From positions 17,509-81,508 of the IMG/VR virus record IMGVR_UViG_3300044950_000375: 64,000 bases of DNA. The stretch is one strand, 5' to 3'. Below the pieces are notes generated by a model, which worked only from the letters and a program-made list of their open reading frames with translations, was not told where the DNA came from and did not search any database. The DNA is from a virus. Below, piece after piece: positions 38,672 to 49,002 of this stretch (positions are counted from its first letter, which is position 1; each line of letters starts with the position of its first letter). The position numbers and the translations under genes are program-made.

Positions 38672-41509
38672 TTAAAAGTCTCTTACTATATCTTGTGGTC
38701 CAGATGGTGAGTTGCCAAGTCCATCTGCAGAAATTCTGCCGGACAGCGTACCTGGTGGTACAAATGGGTCTCCTACATTTAAATTCTCTCCGGAGCCCGA
38801 TGTTGGTGGCTGTGGTGGTGGTGCAGGAACTACTGTGTCTTTTGGTCCCGGCGGCGCCGAATTTATTACATTTGGTGTGCCGCTACCCGGACCAGCACTT
38901 AACGCTGGCACAGCTAGTGTTGTGGGTCTTCCACTTGCGCCCGCGGCAGCTGCGGATGCATTTGTATGACTAGGATTGTCAGACGTGGTTGCATTGTCTA
39001 TTCTTCTTACATCAGCTTGAGTTGCCGGTGGTGGTGCTGTCATTGCTTTATTAGAAGCATTGGGCTTCATAAAGAAATACAACTTGCCTTGTATGTTCTG
39101 ATAGAAACTACCTTTACTAAACTCACTAGTGCATTGCATAGCAGTATATACTCGGCTCTGCACTGGTTGTCGTTTGCTAGATCCAGCATACGGATCAGCT
39201 AACCCAGTATTGATATCATAGTCTTGTGGCCGCTGCCAGGCTATCTCAAACATGACTTCTCTGGCATCAAAATTAATAGTGCCGTCAGGTAAGAATGCGT
39301 TAAAATCAAATTCTTTTGCGCTGACTCCACCCGCAAAACTTCCTTGCTGTATCCAGGCAGGATCACCTACAATTTTAATATTACAATTGGCCAGACCTAC
39401 TGGATCATACAAACTTTCAGCCAAATTGGCTTGTGGTTCGTTTTGTTTGCCATTATCACCAGCACTGTTTTCCGTGCTGGCTGTTTGAAAATTGTAAAAG
39501 GGTTGATCTCTCATGCTACTGGTAAAGGCCTTGCGTTGCTGAAACGCAAGGTTGCCTTTGGTCTGATCTCCACTAATAGTCAAATTGTAGAGATTGTTCA
39601 TGGTTTCTTTGTAATCAATCACAGAGGTATTTTGACCAGTAAACCAATAGTTGTATTGTTTATGTAATCCACGAAACTTGTTGATAGGATAATAACTGCT
39701 GTTAAAGTTCATAGGAGTGTATGTGTTGATTACAAAAGTTATCTTTTGTGCAAAGTCATTGCGTTTGTTATCATAGTCTAATTGTATTGCTTGAAAAGTA
39801 ATATTGAACCACACAATGTCTTTTTTGTTAATATTGTCTTTGACTTGTAATGCATCATTTTCGTCAAAAAACAAAACATTTTGGCCTGTAACAAATGTAC
39901 TGTTTCTTATGGCAAGTTCAATGGCCTGAACCAATTGCATGCCAGCAGTGATAGCATAATTTCTACTTTTGATATCCTTGTAAATTCTCTCCATGTCTGC
40001 TGAGTCTGGACTGGTAGTAACAGGCGGAGCTGTTCCAGACTGCTTTGCATTAGTTTTTGCCCCTGGTGGGATCAATCTAGCATTTTTAATTGCGGTTCCG
40101 CCACCGCCTGGACCAGGATTAGCAAACACAATCTCATATTGATCTGCTTTTTCATACACACCTTCGTCTACTAAGTTTTTTTGGAATTGATTCATTGCAC
40201 CCATAAGGCCTTGGACAATGCTGGTTTTTTTTGTCGTGGGAGCTGCGTCAGCTTTTGGCGGTGGTGCTGCATCCTCGCCAAATTCTCCTTGCAATACAGG
40301 ATTCACAAAAGTAGTAGTAGCGGTACCCGGAGTGGCTGTAGCTGCTTGAGTAGCAGAGTACACTACATCTTGCCCCAATAAGTCGCCAATGGTAGATGCA
40401 GTTAATTCAATATTGTAAGGTATGGTTCCACGACGAGTTCCAGCAGCAGATCCTTCGCCAGGCGCAAGTCCTTCAAAACTGTAGGTGACTAATTTGCTGT
40501 CAATAGTCCAGTCGCATTTGGAAATTTTAAATGGCACAAATTTTTCAATCACTGAATTGGGATCAGACTTGTTACCGCTAATGTTAGTGACCAAATTGCC
40601 TTGCTCGTCGTATCCGTAAAATCTTATTACCATGAGATACACTACAGAAGAATAGTTGATGCCATTTTTTTGACCACTAGCAGGCATAAAGTCTTGTACT
40701 GCTTCATATAGTCTATCTAGCAAAGTAATACCGTTGTTTTCTACAACAGTAAATTTTATATTTTTGACTGAGTGTGGTGCTCTAGTACCGCCACCTGTGA
40801 GAAAGTTTTCAATGGTAACATTGTCAATATAAAAATCCAAAGGAAAAGCTGGGTTGCGACCAGCGTCAGCATCCTTGGCACCTGGAATCTTAACAGCCTC
40901 AACTGATCCATCAGGATATGCTTGTGGTTGTTGGGTGCCTTTTGCGCCTTGAAACCCGCCTGAATTTTGTGGAGCACCACCGCTTTGCACCAGCAACATA
41001 TAACCATTCACTGTTTTTTTCTTGCTGAATACCAACTGCTTGTATTGTGCCGGTGTCATGAGATACCAACTGGCTCTATAGGTGTAGCTGGAAAAACGGT
41101 CTAAAACATTGGCTTGAGGTGTTATTACTTGATTGCTGCCATCAGTAGATATGGTTCCAGTTTGTGTTCTTTGTTGAAGTAATGCTTGATTTAACGCATC
41201 ATTTTCTTCTTGACTGGCACCACCATATGATGATCCAGCATCATCACTTAAGGCTTGTTCAACATTTGTGCCTGCTCCACCTGTTGCATCATCATACTGA
41301 CCAACACCAGTACTGGTAGGAGGAATAGCTCCTTGGCCAACTCCGCCAGTGTCATCGTTGGCACTGGGGTCTTGTCTGACGCTGCCTTCAAATCCAGTTT
41401 CATAATCCGACGTTGACTGTGTTTGTGTAAATGATCGTGTGGCTGCGTTGGTGCCTTGATCGCCGTCACCTGCATTAGTAGTAGGAGTAGTTTCTGGGAG
41501 GGTGGCCAT
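38672..41509 (-). CDS. Putative baseplate hub protein (gp27-like position)
   Basis: NVLDRFSSYTY, FYIDNV, KQYNYWFTGQN and IKIVGDPAWI motifs; sits between the gp53-like and gp5-like genes. Confidence 0.55.
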   Translation of the reverse strand: MATLPETTPTTNAGDGDQGTNAATRSFTQTQSTSDYETGFEGSVRQDPSANDDTGGVGQGAIPPTSTGVGQYDDATGGAGTNVEQALSDDAGSSYGGASQEENDALNQALLQQRTQTGTISTDGSNQVITPQANVLDRFSSYTYRASWYLMTPAQYKQLVFSKKKTVNGYMLLVQSGGAPQNSGGFQGAKGTQQPQAYPDGSVEAVKIPGAKDADAGRNPAFPLDFYIDNVTIENFLTGGGTRAPHSVKNIKFTVVENNGITLLDRLYEAVQDFMPASGQKNGINYSSVVYLMVIRFYGYDEQGNLVTNISGNKSDPNSVIEKFVPFKISKCDWTIDSKLVTYSFEGLAPGEGSAAGTRRGTIPYNIELTASTIGDLLGQDVVYSATQAATATPGTATTTFVNPVLQGEFGEDAAPPPKADAAPTTKKTSIVQGLMGAMNQFQKNLVDEGVYEKADQYEIVFANPGPGGGGTAIKNARLIPPGAKTNAKQSGTAPPVTTSPDSADMERIYKDIKSRNYAITAGMQLVQAIELAIRNSTFVTGQNVLFFDENDALQVKDNINKKDIVWFNITFQAIQLDYDNKRNDFAQKITFVINTYTPMNFNSSYYPINKFRGLHKQYNYWFTGQNTSVIDYKETMNNLYNLTISGDQTKGNLAFQQRKAFTSSMRDQPFYNFQTASTENSAGDNGKQNEPQANLAESLYDPVGLANCNIKIVGDPAWIQQGSFAGGVSAKEFDFNAFLPDGTINFDAREVMFEIAWQRPQDYDINTGLADPYAGSSKRQPVQSRVYTAMQCTSEFSKGSFYQNIQGKLYFFMKPNASNKAMTAPPPATQADVRRIDNATTSDNPSHTNASAAAAGASGRPTTLAVPALSAGPGSGTPNVINSAPPGPKDTVVPAPPPQPPTSGSGENLNVGDPFVPPGTLSGRISADGLGNSPSGPQDIVRDF

Positions 41510-41512
41510 AGG

Positions 41513-41815
41513 TTAGAACCCCAGTGTTGATCGCAATGTGGTGATCTTTGGAATGTAAATTCTAGTGTCTGCTTTGAAGTCTAGTGGAGGTGCCGTGAGT
41601 GTGTTGGGATTGCGTTGGTAAAACGTCCACCAAAGTCCAGCATCGCCATACAAGTCATACGCAAGCAAGTCTGGACGATACTGATAGGTGACATTTATGA
41701 TCCACAGCTTGTCATCGCTTTCTTTGGGTATGGGTCTGTTGACCATCACATCCAAATAAAACTGATTGTAGCCAGTTTGAAAGTATGGACTGGTACTTGT
41801 GTAAGTTGCAGCCAT
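41513..41815 (-). CDS. Baseplate wedge protein (gp53/LysM-like)
   Basis: YQYRPDLLAYDLYGDAGLWWTF..IYIP motif. Confidence 0.8.
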   Translation of the reverse strand: MAATYTSTSPYFQTGYNQFYLDVMVNRPIPKESDDKLWIINVTYQYRPDLLAYDLYGDAGLWWTFYQRNPNTLTAPPLDFKADTRIYIPKITTLRSTLGF

Positions 41816-43836
41816 TACCAGAACCCTCCGCCTGCCAGCAACGAACCATTGGCAAAAGATTTCAAACTAAATTGTTTGCTGACTTGATTGCGTGTTTGCA
41901 TGGGCAATAGTGTTATTGAAATTTCCATCTTGGTCGGAACGTAAGTGCTGTTAATAGAAGTCTGATTGGTGACATTTTGATTGACCTGACTGGGACTAGG
42001 ACGATTGGTTAAACTGCCGTTGCTCAATCCAGCATTGTTCAATCTGTCAAGAATAGCCACCACTGTGCCTAGCGATCCACCTATTGCAGGCCCAGATGAT
42101 TGGTTTCTGCGATTTTCCATGTTCAGTCCAATGTTGTTAAATCCGTTGGCACGAATGTAATCCACATCAGTAGGCAAACTATATCCAAAAGTAGTGACCA
42201 CACAAGGACTTTCGTTAAACTGATATTTTCCAAATCCACTGAGATATACCAAGGGCGGCGGGGTGCCAGCTTCGGCATCTTGGCCGTAAAACATTTTTGT
42301 CACAGATTTAAAAAAGTGTATCACTGCCAACAGGTACGCAGCTTCTCGAGTGTCTTGTGCAGTGAATGTGCCTTTGATAGTGATATTTTCTACTGAACTA
42401 TTTTGGTAAAAATATCCACGATAGTTGGAATGTGTGAGATCATAGTTTGCGTATTTGGCTTGATAACTGGTTTCAATTGCAGGAGTATATGGAAATACCA
42501 CACCGTCAGTAGCAGCCAATGGTGCAAGTATTCCTGGTCCACCATTACCGGCAGGCACTTTGTAAAGATAATTGGCATTTGGTGCCAATCTTAATCGCAC
42601 ACGCCAGTCAGCTGCGGCAGGAGTATTCTGACGAGTTTGCAGTGTGCTTTGATTTTGTGCGTTATTGATCAATCCGCGTGTGACTGCGGCGTTGGCATTT
42701 ACATCATCTTGATTCTGCACTACATTTGGTGTACCAAACTCAGCTTCATTCAATGCAGACAACGAAACTGGAGCAGGTGATGTAGTCGGTGGCGGCGTAA
42801 AGAGATCGGCAACACCATTTGTGTTGTCAACTGGCAGAGGAGTGGCTGACTCGGCAGCTATTTGCAAATCAGCAGCCTCTCGTGCTCTTGCAGCCGCCTC
42901 AAAGCCTGCATCTCCAGAATTGGCCAAATCAACTTCAGCAGCACGATCCAGTCTGGCATTAAAGGCAGCATCTGCATTTGCTTGTGCAATCTGTTCAGCA
43001 TCACTTACATAGCCAGTATCTAAAGGAGATACCGGATTGGCCGATTCAGATGCTATACGCAAGTCAATAACTTCTTGAGCAGCTTGAGTAGCCGCCAATG
43101 CTTCGTCGCCATCAGCCGGCAACGGACTGGTGGCAGTTGCACGTATTGGGTTTGGTGTTGTTCCAAGTTGAATTTCAGTTTGTTGATTTATTGCTGGATC
43201 ATCTCCAGCTGGGGCCTGCACCGGAGTGTTTATTGCGGTGGTTCCACTGGTCACAGTTTGTGTGGTAGTGGTAGTATTTGGTACTCTTATGACCGAAGGT
43301 GTGCCTGGATCTTCAGCGGCTTGTTGTTGCAGATCCAATGCAGTTTTTTGATTCCGAAGTTCTGCTGCTTGTGCGTTTCTTGCTGCTTCTTCTTCTGGTG
43401 TCAGAAGCGGTAGGCCTTGACGTTTGCGAACAAAGTTGCTGGGATTATCTTTGTAGAACTGATTAATTTCAGCTTGTTTTGCACTTGCTTCAGCTGCGTA
43501 TACTTGGCTTTCTGCTGTGGATGTTCTTGCGCCAGCAATAGTTGTAGTAGATCCGCCGCCGCTCACAGTTTCAGTGCTGGTTGTGGTATAATTAATTGGT
43601 GTTTTGCTACCAACAGGTGCGTCAGCTTTTTCGGGATAGTCTACTTGTTTAATTACTTCTACATCTGATCTAGGGCCAGTGCCTATAACCAGTGCGCCCA
43701 TTTGACCATTTGTGCCAAGGGCGTAATTACCAATGTCAGCATCTGTTATTCCAGCCTGTGCCAATGCGGCATCTTCGCTCAAGCCTTGTTGACGAAGTTG
43801 ATTAAATGTTGCTGCTTTATTTGGATCGTAGGCCAT
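41815..43836 (-). CDS. Tail tube initiator-like baseplate protein (gp48/gp54-like) with a long low-complexity N-terminus
   Basis: C-terminal GVVFPYTP, THSNY, FTAQ and PPPLVYLSGFG..PCVVTTF motifs. Confidence 0.6.
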   Translation of the reverse strand: MAYDPNKAATFNQLRQQGLSEDAALAQAGITDADIGNYALGTNGQMGALVIGTGPRSDVEVIKQVDYPEKADAPVGSKTPINYTTTSTETVSGGGSTTTIAGARTSTAESQVYAAEASAKQAEINQFYKDNPSNFVRKRQGLPLLTPEEEAARNAQAAELRNQKTALDLQQQAAEDPGTPSVIRVPNTTTTTQTVTSGTTAINTPVQAPAGDDPAINQQTEIQLGTTPNPIRATATSPLPADGDEALAATQAAQEVIDLRIASESANPVSPLDTGYVSDAEQIAQANADAAFNARLDRAAEVDLANSGDAGFEAAARAREAADLQIAAESATPLPVDNTNGVADLFTPPPTTSPAPVSLSALNEAEFGTPNVVQNQDDVNANAAVTRGLINNAQNQSTLQTRQNTPAAADWRVRLRLAPNANYLYKVPAGNGGPGILAPLAATDGVVFPYTPAIETSYQAKYANYDLTHSNYRGYFYQNSSVENITIKGTFTAQDTREAAYLLAVIHFFKSVTKMFYGQDAEAGTPPPLVYLSGFGKYQFNESPCVVTTFGYSLPTDVDYIRANGFNNIGLNMENRRNQSSGPAIGGSLGTVVAILDRLNNAGLSNGSLTNRPSPSQVNQNVTNQTSINSTYVPTKMEISITLLPMQTRNQVSKQFSLKSFANGSLLAGGGFW

Positions 43837-43853
43837 GTCTGTTTCCTATAGCT

Positions 43854-43882
43854 TATTTACCGCTGACAAAAACGGCGCAGTT
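43854..43882 (-). promoter_or_regulatory. Late-promoter-like box GGTAAATA with upstream element AACTGCGCCGTTTTT
   Basis: Box at 43854-43861, element at 43868-43882; heads the baseplate operon. Confidence 0.6.
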
Positions 43883-43892
43883 TAACAAGAGG

Positions 43893-43920
43893 TTGACAAT
43901 TGTTGTAAATATGCTACAAT
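43893..43920 (+). promoter_or_regulatory. Sigma70-type promoter for the gp55-like gene
   Basis: TTGACA-N16-TACAAT with an extended -10 TG; AAGGAG RBS at 43927-43932. Confidence 0.7.
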
Positions 43921-43945
43921 CCGATTAAGGAGACCTTGTCATACT

Positions 43946-44842
43946 ATGACTTTATTACCAAAAGCGGCACCTCGTGTCAATTATCTAAACAACCGTGATA
44001 TTTTGAAAGAAATACACCACAGCAAGAACACCTATTGCTGGTATCGTGATCCTGTACAGGACCATCAATTTGATTTGATCCTGCCCGGCCTGGACAAAAT
44101 CAATCAACGCACTGTGGTTGAGGCAAGAAAAAATCGTGCTGATCGTATCAAACGCGAAACAGGCGAAGTAATTGATCAAAAGAAAATACCCAACACTGAC
44201 CTAGTTTTCAGGATCACCTGTTGGGATCACATCCCTAAGGCGCCTAAAAAAATTACCAAGGCCGAAGCCAAACGCAAAAAGCTAGAAGACATTTTTGAAC
44301 TAGATGATATTGCAGAAGATCCACTAGCAGACATTGTGGATGTGCCGGTGCTGGATCTAAATCATGTGCGAGTGAACTTTCCTCCGTTTGAACAGTATAG
44401 ATTGGATGAAGACAAAAAGCCTTACATTGTGGGCCGCTCACATTGGAAGGGCGATTTGGTCACAGGAGAGTTTTCCAAAGATCACGGCAACATGACTCGC
44501 AAGTTGGCTATGATGTTTATGAAACTGTGCGAACGCTATGCCACTCGATCAAACTGGCGTGGCTACACCTACAACGAGGAAATGCGTGGACAAGCTCTTT
44601 TACAACTCAGTCAAATTGGACTGCAATTTGACGAATCTAAATCGCAAAACCCCTTTGCTTACTATACCGCTGCTATCACTAATAGCTTTACACGGATTCT
44701 TAACATCGAAAAGAAAAATCAAAATATCAGAGATGACATCCTGGAAATGAACGGCTTGAACCCGTCATGGACTAGACAAAACTCCGGCAAAGCTGGTATG
44801 GCAGCCATGAGTGGTCCAGTGACCACCACATATGAAGAATGA
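43946..44842 (+). CDS. gp55: Late-transcription sigma factor (T4 gp55-like)
   Basis: NYLNNRDIL N-terminus; RSNWRGYTYNEEM and FDESKSQNPFAYYT..NSFTRILNIEKK; upstream of gp47/gp46. Confidence 0.85.
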   Translation: MTLLPKAAPRVNYLNNRDILKEIHHSKNTYCWYRDPVQDHQFDLILPGLDKINQRTVVEARKNRADRIKRETGEVIDQKKIPNTDLVFRITCWDHIPKAPKKITKAEAKRKKLEDIFELDDIAEDPLADIVDVPVLDLNHVRVNFPPFEQYRLDEDKKPYIVGRSHWKGDLVTGEFSKDHGNMTRKLAMMFMKLCERYATRSNWRGYTYNEEMRGQALLQLSQIGLQFDESKSQNPFAYYTAAITNSFTRILNIEKKNQNIRDDILEMNGLNPSWTRQNSGKAGMAAMSGPVTTTYEE

Positions 44843-46452
44843 CAGATATAGTAAAATCTTTCAAAGACAATTTGTTATCTCAGTATCAAATTGATTCGTT
44901 TGTTTTTATAGAAGATCTCGAATCTTCACCAAGCTCAACCTTGTATCAGACTTTAAAACCTCTGATACAAGAAGCGTATCAATCTCACTATAGATTTGTA
45001 TTTTTTAACTTTAGACCTGTCGATATCAAAACATTAACACATGTCTATAACATCATAACATTTTTTGACATATCACCGTATTTTGTTTTGGTCATTACAA
45101 ATCAATTAGCCACAAAAGAATATTTTGAAAATTTGCCAGAGCCTATCAGAGTAGATTACATTGACCAACAAATCAGTGATCATACTGAGATTGGTAGTGT
45201 GACTCCTCTGTTTAATAACAACTTCAAGATGTGTGCGTATGCTTGGAGTGGCATTCATGTCAATCCTTCGGGTACAACACAGATTTGTTGTCATTACAAC
45301 GATATCATTAAAGACAGCCAAGGCAAAGAATTTTCTATCAAAACACACAACATCAATGACATTGTCAACAGTGAGTATCTTGTTAATATCAGAAAACTGT
45401 TTAGAAATGGTATCACTCCTGTTGGTTGTAGAAAGTGTGAACAACAAGAGGCCACTGGTGGTGAAAGCAAACGAAGCCTTGCACCGTATAAGTTAAAAAA
45501 TATATACGGTGATATAGATTGGGAGTCTGAAGTTAAGTTTCAATGGATCGGTGGACACTTAGGAAACTTGTGTAATCTAAAGTGTAGAATTTGTAACGAG
45601 AAATTCAGTTCGTCGATTGCTGCTGAAAAACTCAAACAGATACCTATTAGTGAAGTAAAATCACACCAAGTATATGCTACATTGAAAAACAACAACTGGA
45701 ACAAAGAAGATTCTGATTTTTGGGTGTCAGTAAGATCGTTGCCAACTCTTAAAAACTTTGAATGGCTTGGCGGAGAACCATTGCTTGTGAATGCCAATAT
45801 AAATTTTATGCAATATCTTCTAGACACAGATCAAAGTCAAGATTGCATTTTTGAATTTGTAACCAATGGCACACAATATCCTGACATTCTTGATCAAGCT
45901 CATAAATTTAAAGAATTTTTTATAACAATCAGTATTGACAATATGGGCAAGATGTTTGAGCTTGAACGGTCGGGGGCCAATTGGCATGAAGTTGATACCA
46001 ATCTTGGCAAATTTATCGCTTGTCAACAAAAAAATCCAAACGTAAAAATTGGTATCTCAATCACTGTTGGCATTCAAAATGTGTTGTATCTACCAGAATT
46101 AATTACGTACCTCAATCACAAAAAAGTAAATCACTATTATCTGAATATGCTAACGCACCCCAGTTGGATGTCAATATTCAACCTAACACCACAAGCAAAA
46201 CAGTTGGCGTTAGCTCGATTGACCCAATCAAATTTGAACAACAAAGATATGGACAAGTTGATGTATATAATAAAAAATCTACAGAATTCCAGAATCAGCG
46301 ACGGGTCAGAGTTTCGCAAAAACATGACCTTGTTGGATCAACTTCGGAATGAAAATTTTTCTGACACGCATAGAGAAATTGCTCAAGCTATGGGGTTTGA
46401 GTCATCAAACCATTGCTCAACACCTACTGAATCATATACAATTACACAATGA
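44839..46452 (+). CDS. Radical SAM protein with N-terminal extension and twitch-like domain
   Basis: CNLKCRIC, LGGEP, VTNG and ISID motifs; MCAYAW..ICC..CRKC. Confidence 0.85.
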   Translation: MTDIVKSFKDNLLSQYQIDSFVFIEDLESSPSSTLYQTLKPLIQEAYQSHYRFVFFNFRPVDIKTLTHVYNIITFFDISPYFVLVITNQLATKEYFENLPEPIRVDYIDQQISDHTEIGSVTPLFNNNFKMCAYAWSGIHVNPSGTTQICCHYNDIIKDSQGKEFSIKTHNINDIVNSEYLVNIRKLFRNGITPVGCRKCEQQEATGGESKRSLAPYKLKNIYGDIDWESEVKFQWIGGHLGNLCNLKCRICNEKFSSSIAAEKLKQIPISEVKSHQVYATLKNNNWNKEDSDFWVSVRSLPTLKNFEWLGGEPLLVNANINFMQYLLDTDQSQDCIFEFVTNGTQYPDILDQAHKFKEFFITISIDNMGKMFELERSGANWHEVDTNLGKFIACQQKNPNVKIGISITVGIQNVLYLPELITYLNHKKVNHYYLNMLTHPSWMSIFNLTPQAKQLALARLTQSNLNNKDMDKLMYIIKNLQNSRISDGSEFRKNMTLLDQLRNENFSDTHREIAQAMGFESSNHCSTPTESYTITQ

Positions 46453-47465
46453 CTAATCTATTCCGCAAGGCCGCAATCTTCACTGACATACACTTTGGAC
46501 TCAAAAGCAATTCAACACTACACAATGAAGATTGTTTGGCTTTTGTAAAATGGGCCACTGCCAAAGCCAAAGAGGAAGGCTGTGAAACTGCCATGTTCCT
46601 GGGTGACTGGCACAACAACAGAGCCAGCCTAAACATTGTTACACTCAACTACAGCCTTCGATCACTGGAGCACCTAAATGACAATTTTGAACATGTGTAT
46701 TTTATTCCTGGTAACCACGATTTATATTATCGCGATAAACGTGACATTCAAAGCGTGGAGTGGGCAAAGCACCTCCCTCGTGTTCAAATCTGCAATGATT
46801 GGTTTAGCAGTGGTGATGTCGTTATTGCCCCTTGGCTATGTGGAGACGATCATAAGAGGATACCCAAGCTAACTGGCAAGTACATGTTCGGGCACTTTGA
46901 ACTGCCCGGCTACTTGATGAATGCCATGGTAGAAATGCCAGACCACGGAGAGGTGCGTAGAGAAGACTTTGAGAATTTTGAACATGTATTCACCGGACAC
47001 TTTCACAAGCGACAGACTAAAAAGAATATTACCTACATCGGTAATGCGTTCCCTCACAATTATGCAGATGCTGGTGACGACGAACGAGGCCTCACTATAC
47101 TGGAGTGGGGAGGAACGCCTGAGTTTCATGCTTGGCCTGCTCAACCCACGTACAGAGTATACGGTCTTGCCAACCTTATTGATAACGCTCCGGCTCTTCT
47201 TAAGCCCAAGATGCATGTGCGTGTTGGACTAGACATTGAGATCTCATACGAAGAAGCCAACTTTATCAAAGAAACATTCATCCGCGACTATGACCTGCGT
47301 GAGATGAGTTTGATACCAAACAAGAACTCAGATGTGGACACAGACATGGCGCCTGGCGAGATCAAGTTTGAATCTGTGGATCAAATTGTAACAGACCAAC
47401 TCACAAACATCGAATCAGAATTCTACGACAACAAGCTACTACTGAAGATTTATCAAAACTTATGA
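46449..47465 (+). CDS. gp47: Recombination endonuclease subunit (gp47, Mre11/SbcD-like)
   Basis: Metallophosphoesterase motifs DIHFG, LGDW, GNHD, GHFE, GHFH. Confidence 0.9.
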   Translation: MTNLFRKAAIFTDIHFGLKSNSTLHNEDCLAFVKWATAKAKEEGCETAMFLGDWHNNRASLNIVTLNYSLRSLEHLNDNFEHVYFIPGNHDLYYRDKRDIQSVEWAKHLPRVQICNDWFSSGDVVIAPWLCGDDHKRIPKLTGKYMFGHFELPGYLMNAMVEMPDHGEVRREDFENFEHVFTGHFHKRQTKKNITYIGNAFPHNYADAGDDERGLTILEWGGTPEFHAWPAQPTYRVYGLANLIDNAPALLKPKMHVRVGLDIEISYEEANFIKETFIRDYDLREMSLIPNKNSDVDTDMAPGEIKFESVDQIVTDQLTNIESEFYDNKLLLKIYQNL

Positions 47466-48262
47466 TCTATTGTGTTTGGTATCCTAGTGGCGGATTTGGA
47501 CACTTTATCAATGCGGTATTAACTTTGCATGGCGATAATTTTGTAAGACCATCAAACTCATTAAAATTTTCCAAAACTGGAGATAGCCATAATCTTAACT
47601 TGGTTGTTCCTAAATACTTGCACGAATGTTGGCCTGGCGGAATCGAGTTCCTTAATGATAAAAATTACTGTGTGTTGATAGACAACGGTATTGACAACGA
47701 GTCAACCAAATTTAAATCTATCTTTCTCAATTCAACTATTATCAAAATTTGTTACACAGATCGTACTTGGCCTATTATTGCTCGAACTATGATTGACAAA
47801 GCCATGAAAAGTAGCATTGAACAACAATTGCCAACTGATAATTGGGATACAGATGAACCTTGGGCACGTCGTGAAAAGTATTTTTTGTTTTTGCGTGATC
47901 ACAAATTTAGGCATGCCTGGAAATCTCAAGAAGATAGTGCAGTATATATAGACGAGTTATACAATGACTATGATGAGTTTTTTTACACATTAAATTCTAT
48001 TGTAAAACTAAACTGGTGCAAAGAGTTATGGTCCGAATGGCGTACTGCAAATGCCACGTACATTGATCCAATCAAAGACGCAAAAAGTGTTTTGAACTAT
48101 GTAAAAATGCAATGTTCGTCTGACTTGACACATATTACAGATGTATGGACGCAGGCTGTGATTTATTATTACATCTGGCTGGAGTTTGGTATTGAAGTTC
48201 CACACAACGATTTTGCCAACTTTTTTACCAATACAGATCAAATTATAGGATTAATACAGTGA
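47462..48262 (+). CDS. Hypothetical protein, possible sulfotransferase/P-loop-like
   Basis: N-terminal YPSGGFGHF loop resembles that of 7700..8251. Confidence 0.45.
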   Translation: MIYCVWYPSGGFGHFINAVLTLHGDNFVRPSNSLKFSKTGDSHNLNLVVPKYLHECWPGGIEFLNDKNYCVLIDNGIDNESTKFKSIFLNSTIIKICYTDRTWPIIARTMIDKAMKSSIEQQLPTDNWDTDEPWARREKYFLFLRDHKFRHAWKSQEDSAVYIDELYNDYDEFFYTLNSIVKLNWCKELWSEWRTANATYIDPIKDAKSVLNYVKMQCSSDLTHITDVWTQAVIYYYIWLEFGIEVPHNDFANFFTNTDQIIGLIQ

Positions 48263-49002
48263 GACTATTAACCCTGTCAGACGGGTATGGCGATAGTGTT
48301 GCGGTACCGCCCTGGTATCCTAAGTATTGGAAGTGGCCAGAAATTATCAAGTTGATGACCAAGGGTGTGGCTCTCAACAATTGTAGCAGATATGGCGCTG
48401 GCAATGAGTTTATAGTTAATCAATTAAAAAACAATATTGATTCTGCCGATATGGTAATAGTACAGTGGGCACAACCAAATAGATTAGACTTGGTTCTTGC
48501 TCACCCTGATCCTACATTTTGGAAAAATGTAATTGCAAGTGATCAAATATACAATAACAACATAGTAGATTGTGGTAACAACAAATTTTGGATTAGCAGT
48601 GCATCTAAAACTGACGCAGTACAAGAGTATCATCGACGGTATATATCTGTTAACCAACACCGATTGAGATCGCAAATATTTGTTGAGTATGCTAAACTGT
48701 TACTTGAACAACGCAACATTGATTATCAATTTATGCTGGTAGATGATAGTGATTATCTTGGCATCAATGCCAATTGGATTTGTCACGAGCCGTTTAAAGG
48801 TATGAGTGATTTCAAACACAAAAGCAAATATTCTAATCTAGATCTTGGTATTGTGCAACCAACTCCATTGGTTGCATTTGATTTTATCAAGCAGTATATA
48901 ATGCCCAAAGTTGCTCTTCAGTGGCGCACTGATCACGAAATTAACGCAGTTGAAAACATGCTATACAAACATTATCAAGAGGCAATAAAAAATAAACCAT
49001 GA
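48259..49002 (+). CDS. SGNH-like hypothetical protein
   Basis: LSDGYG, WPEII, SRYGAGN and VQWAQPNRLD form divergent SGNH-like blocks; GTG start. Confidence 0.45.
   Translation: MRLLTLSDGYGDSVAVPPWYPKYWKWPEIIKLMTKGVALNNCSRYGAGNEFIVNQLKNNIDSADMVIVQWAQPNRLDLVLAHPDPTFWKNVIASDQIYNNNIVDCGNNKFWISSASKTDAVQEYHRRYISVNQHRLRSQIFVEYAKLLLEQRNIDYQFMLVDDSDYLGINANWICHEPFKGMSDFKHKSKYSNLDLGIVQPTPLVAFDFIKQYIMPKVALQWRTDHEINAVENMLYKHYQEAIKNKP

Noticed and set aside
16818-43836. Numerous short plus-strand ORFs (60-160 aa) in the track
   Set aside because: They lie antisense to long, motif-supported structural genes and show no recognisable motifs.
31886-43836. Bacterial contractile injection system (eCIS/T6SS) instead of a phage
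   Set aside because: Portal, prohead protease, scaffold, gp55, gp46/gp47 and T4 late promoters are on the same contig, indicating a phage genome.
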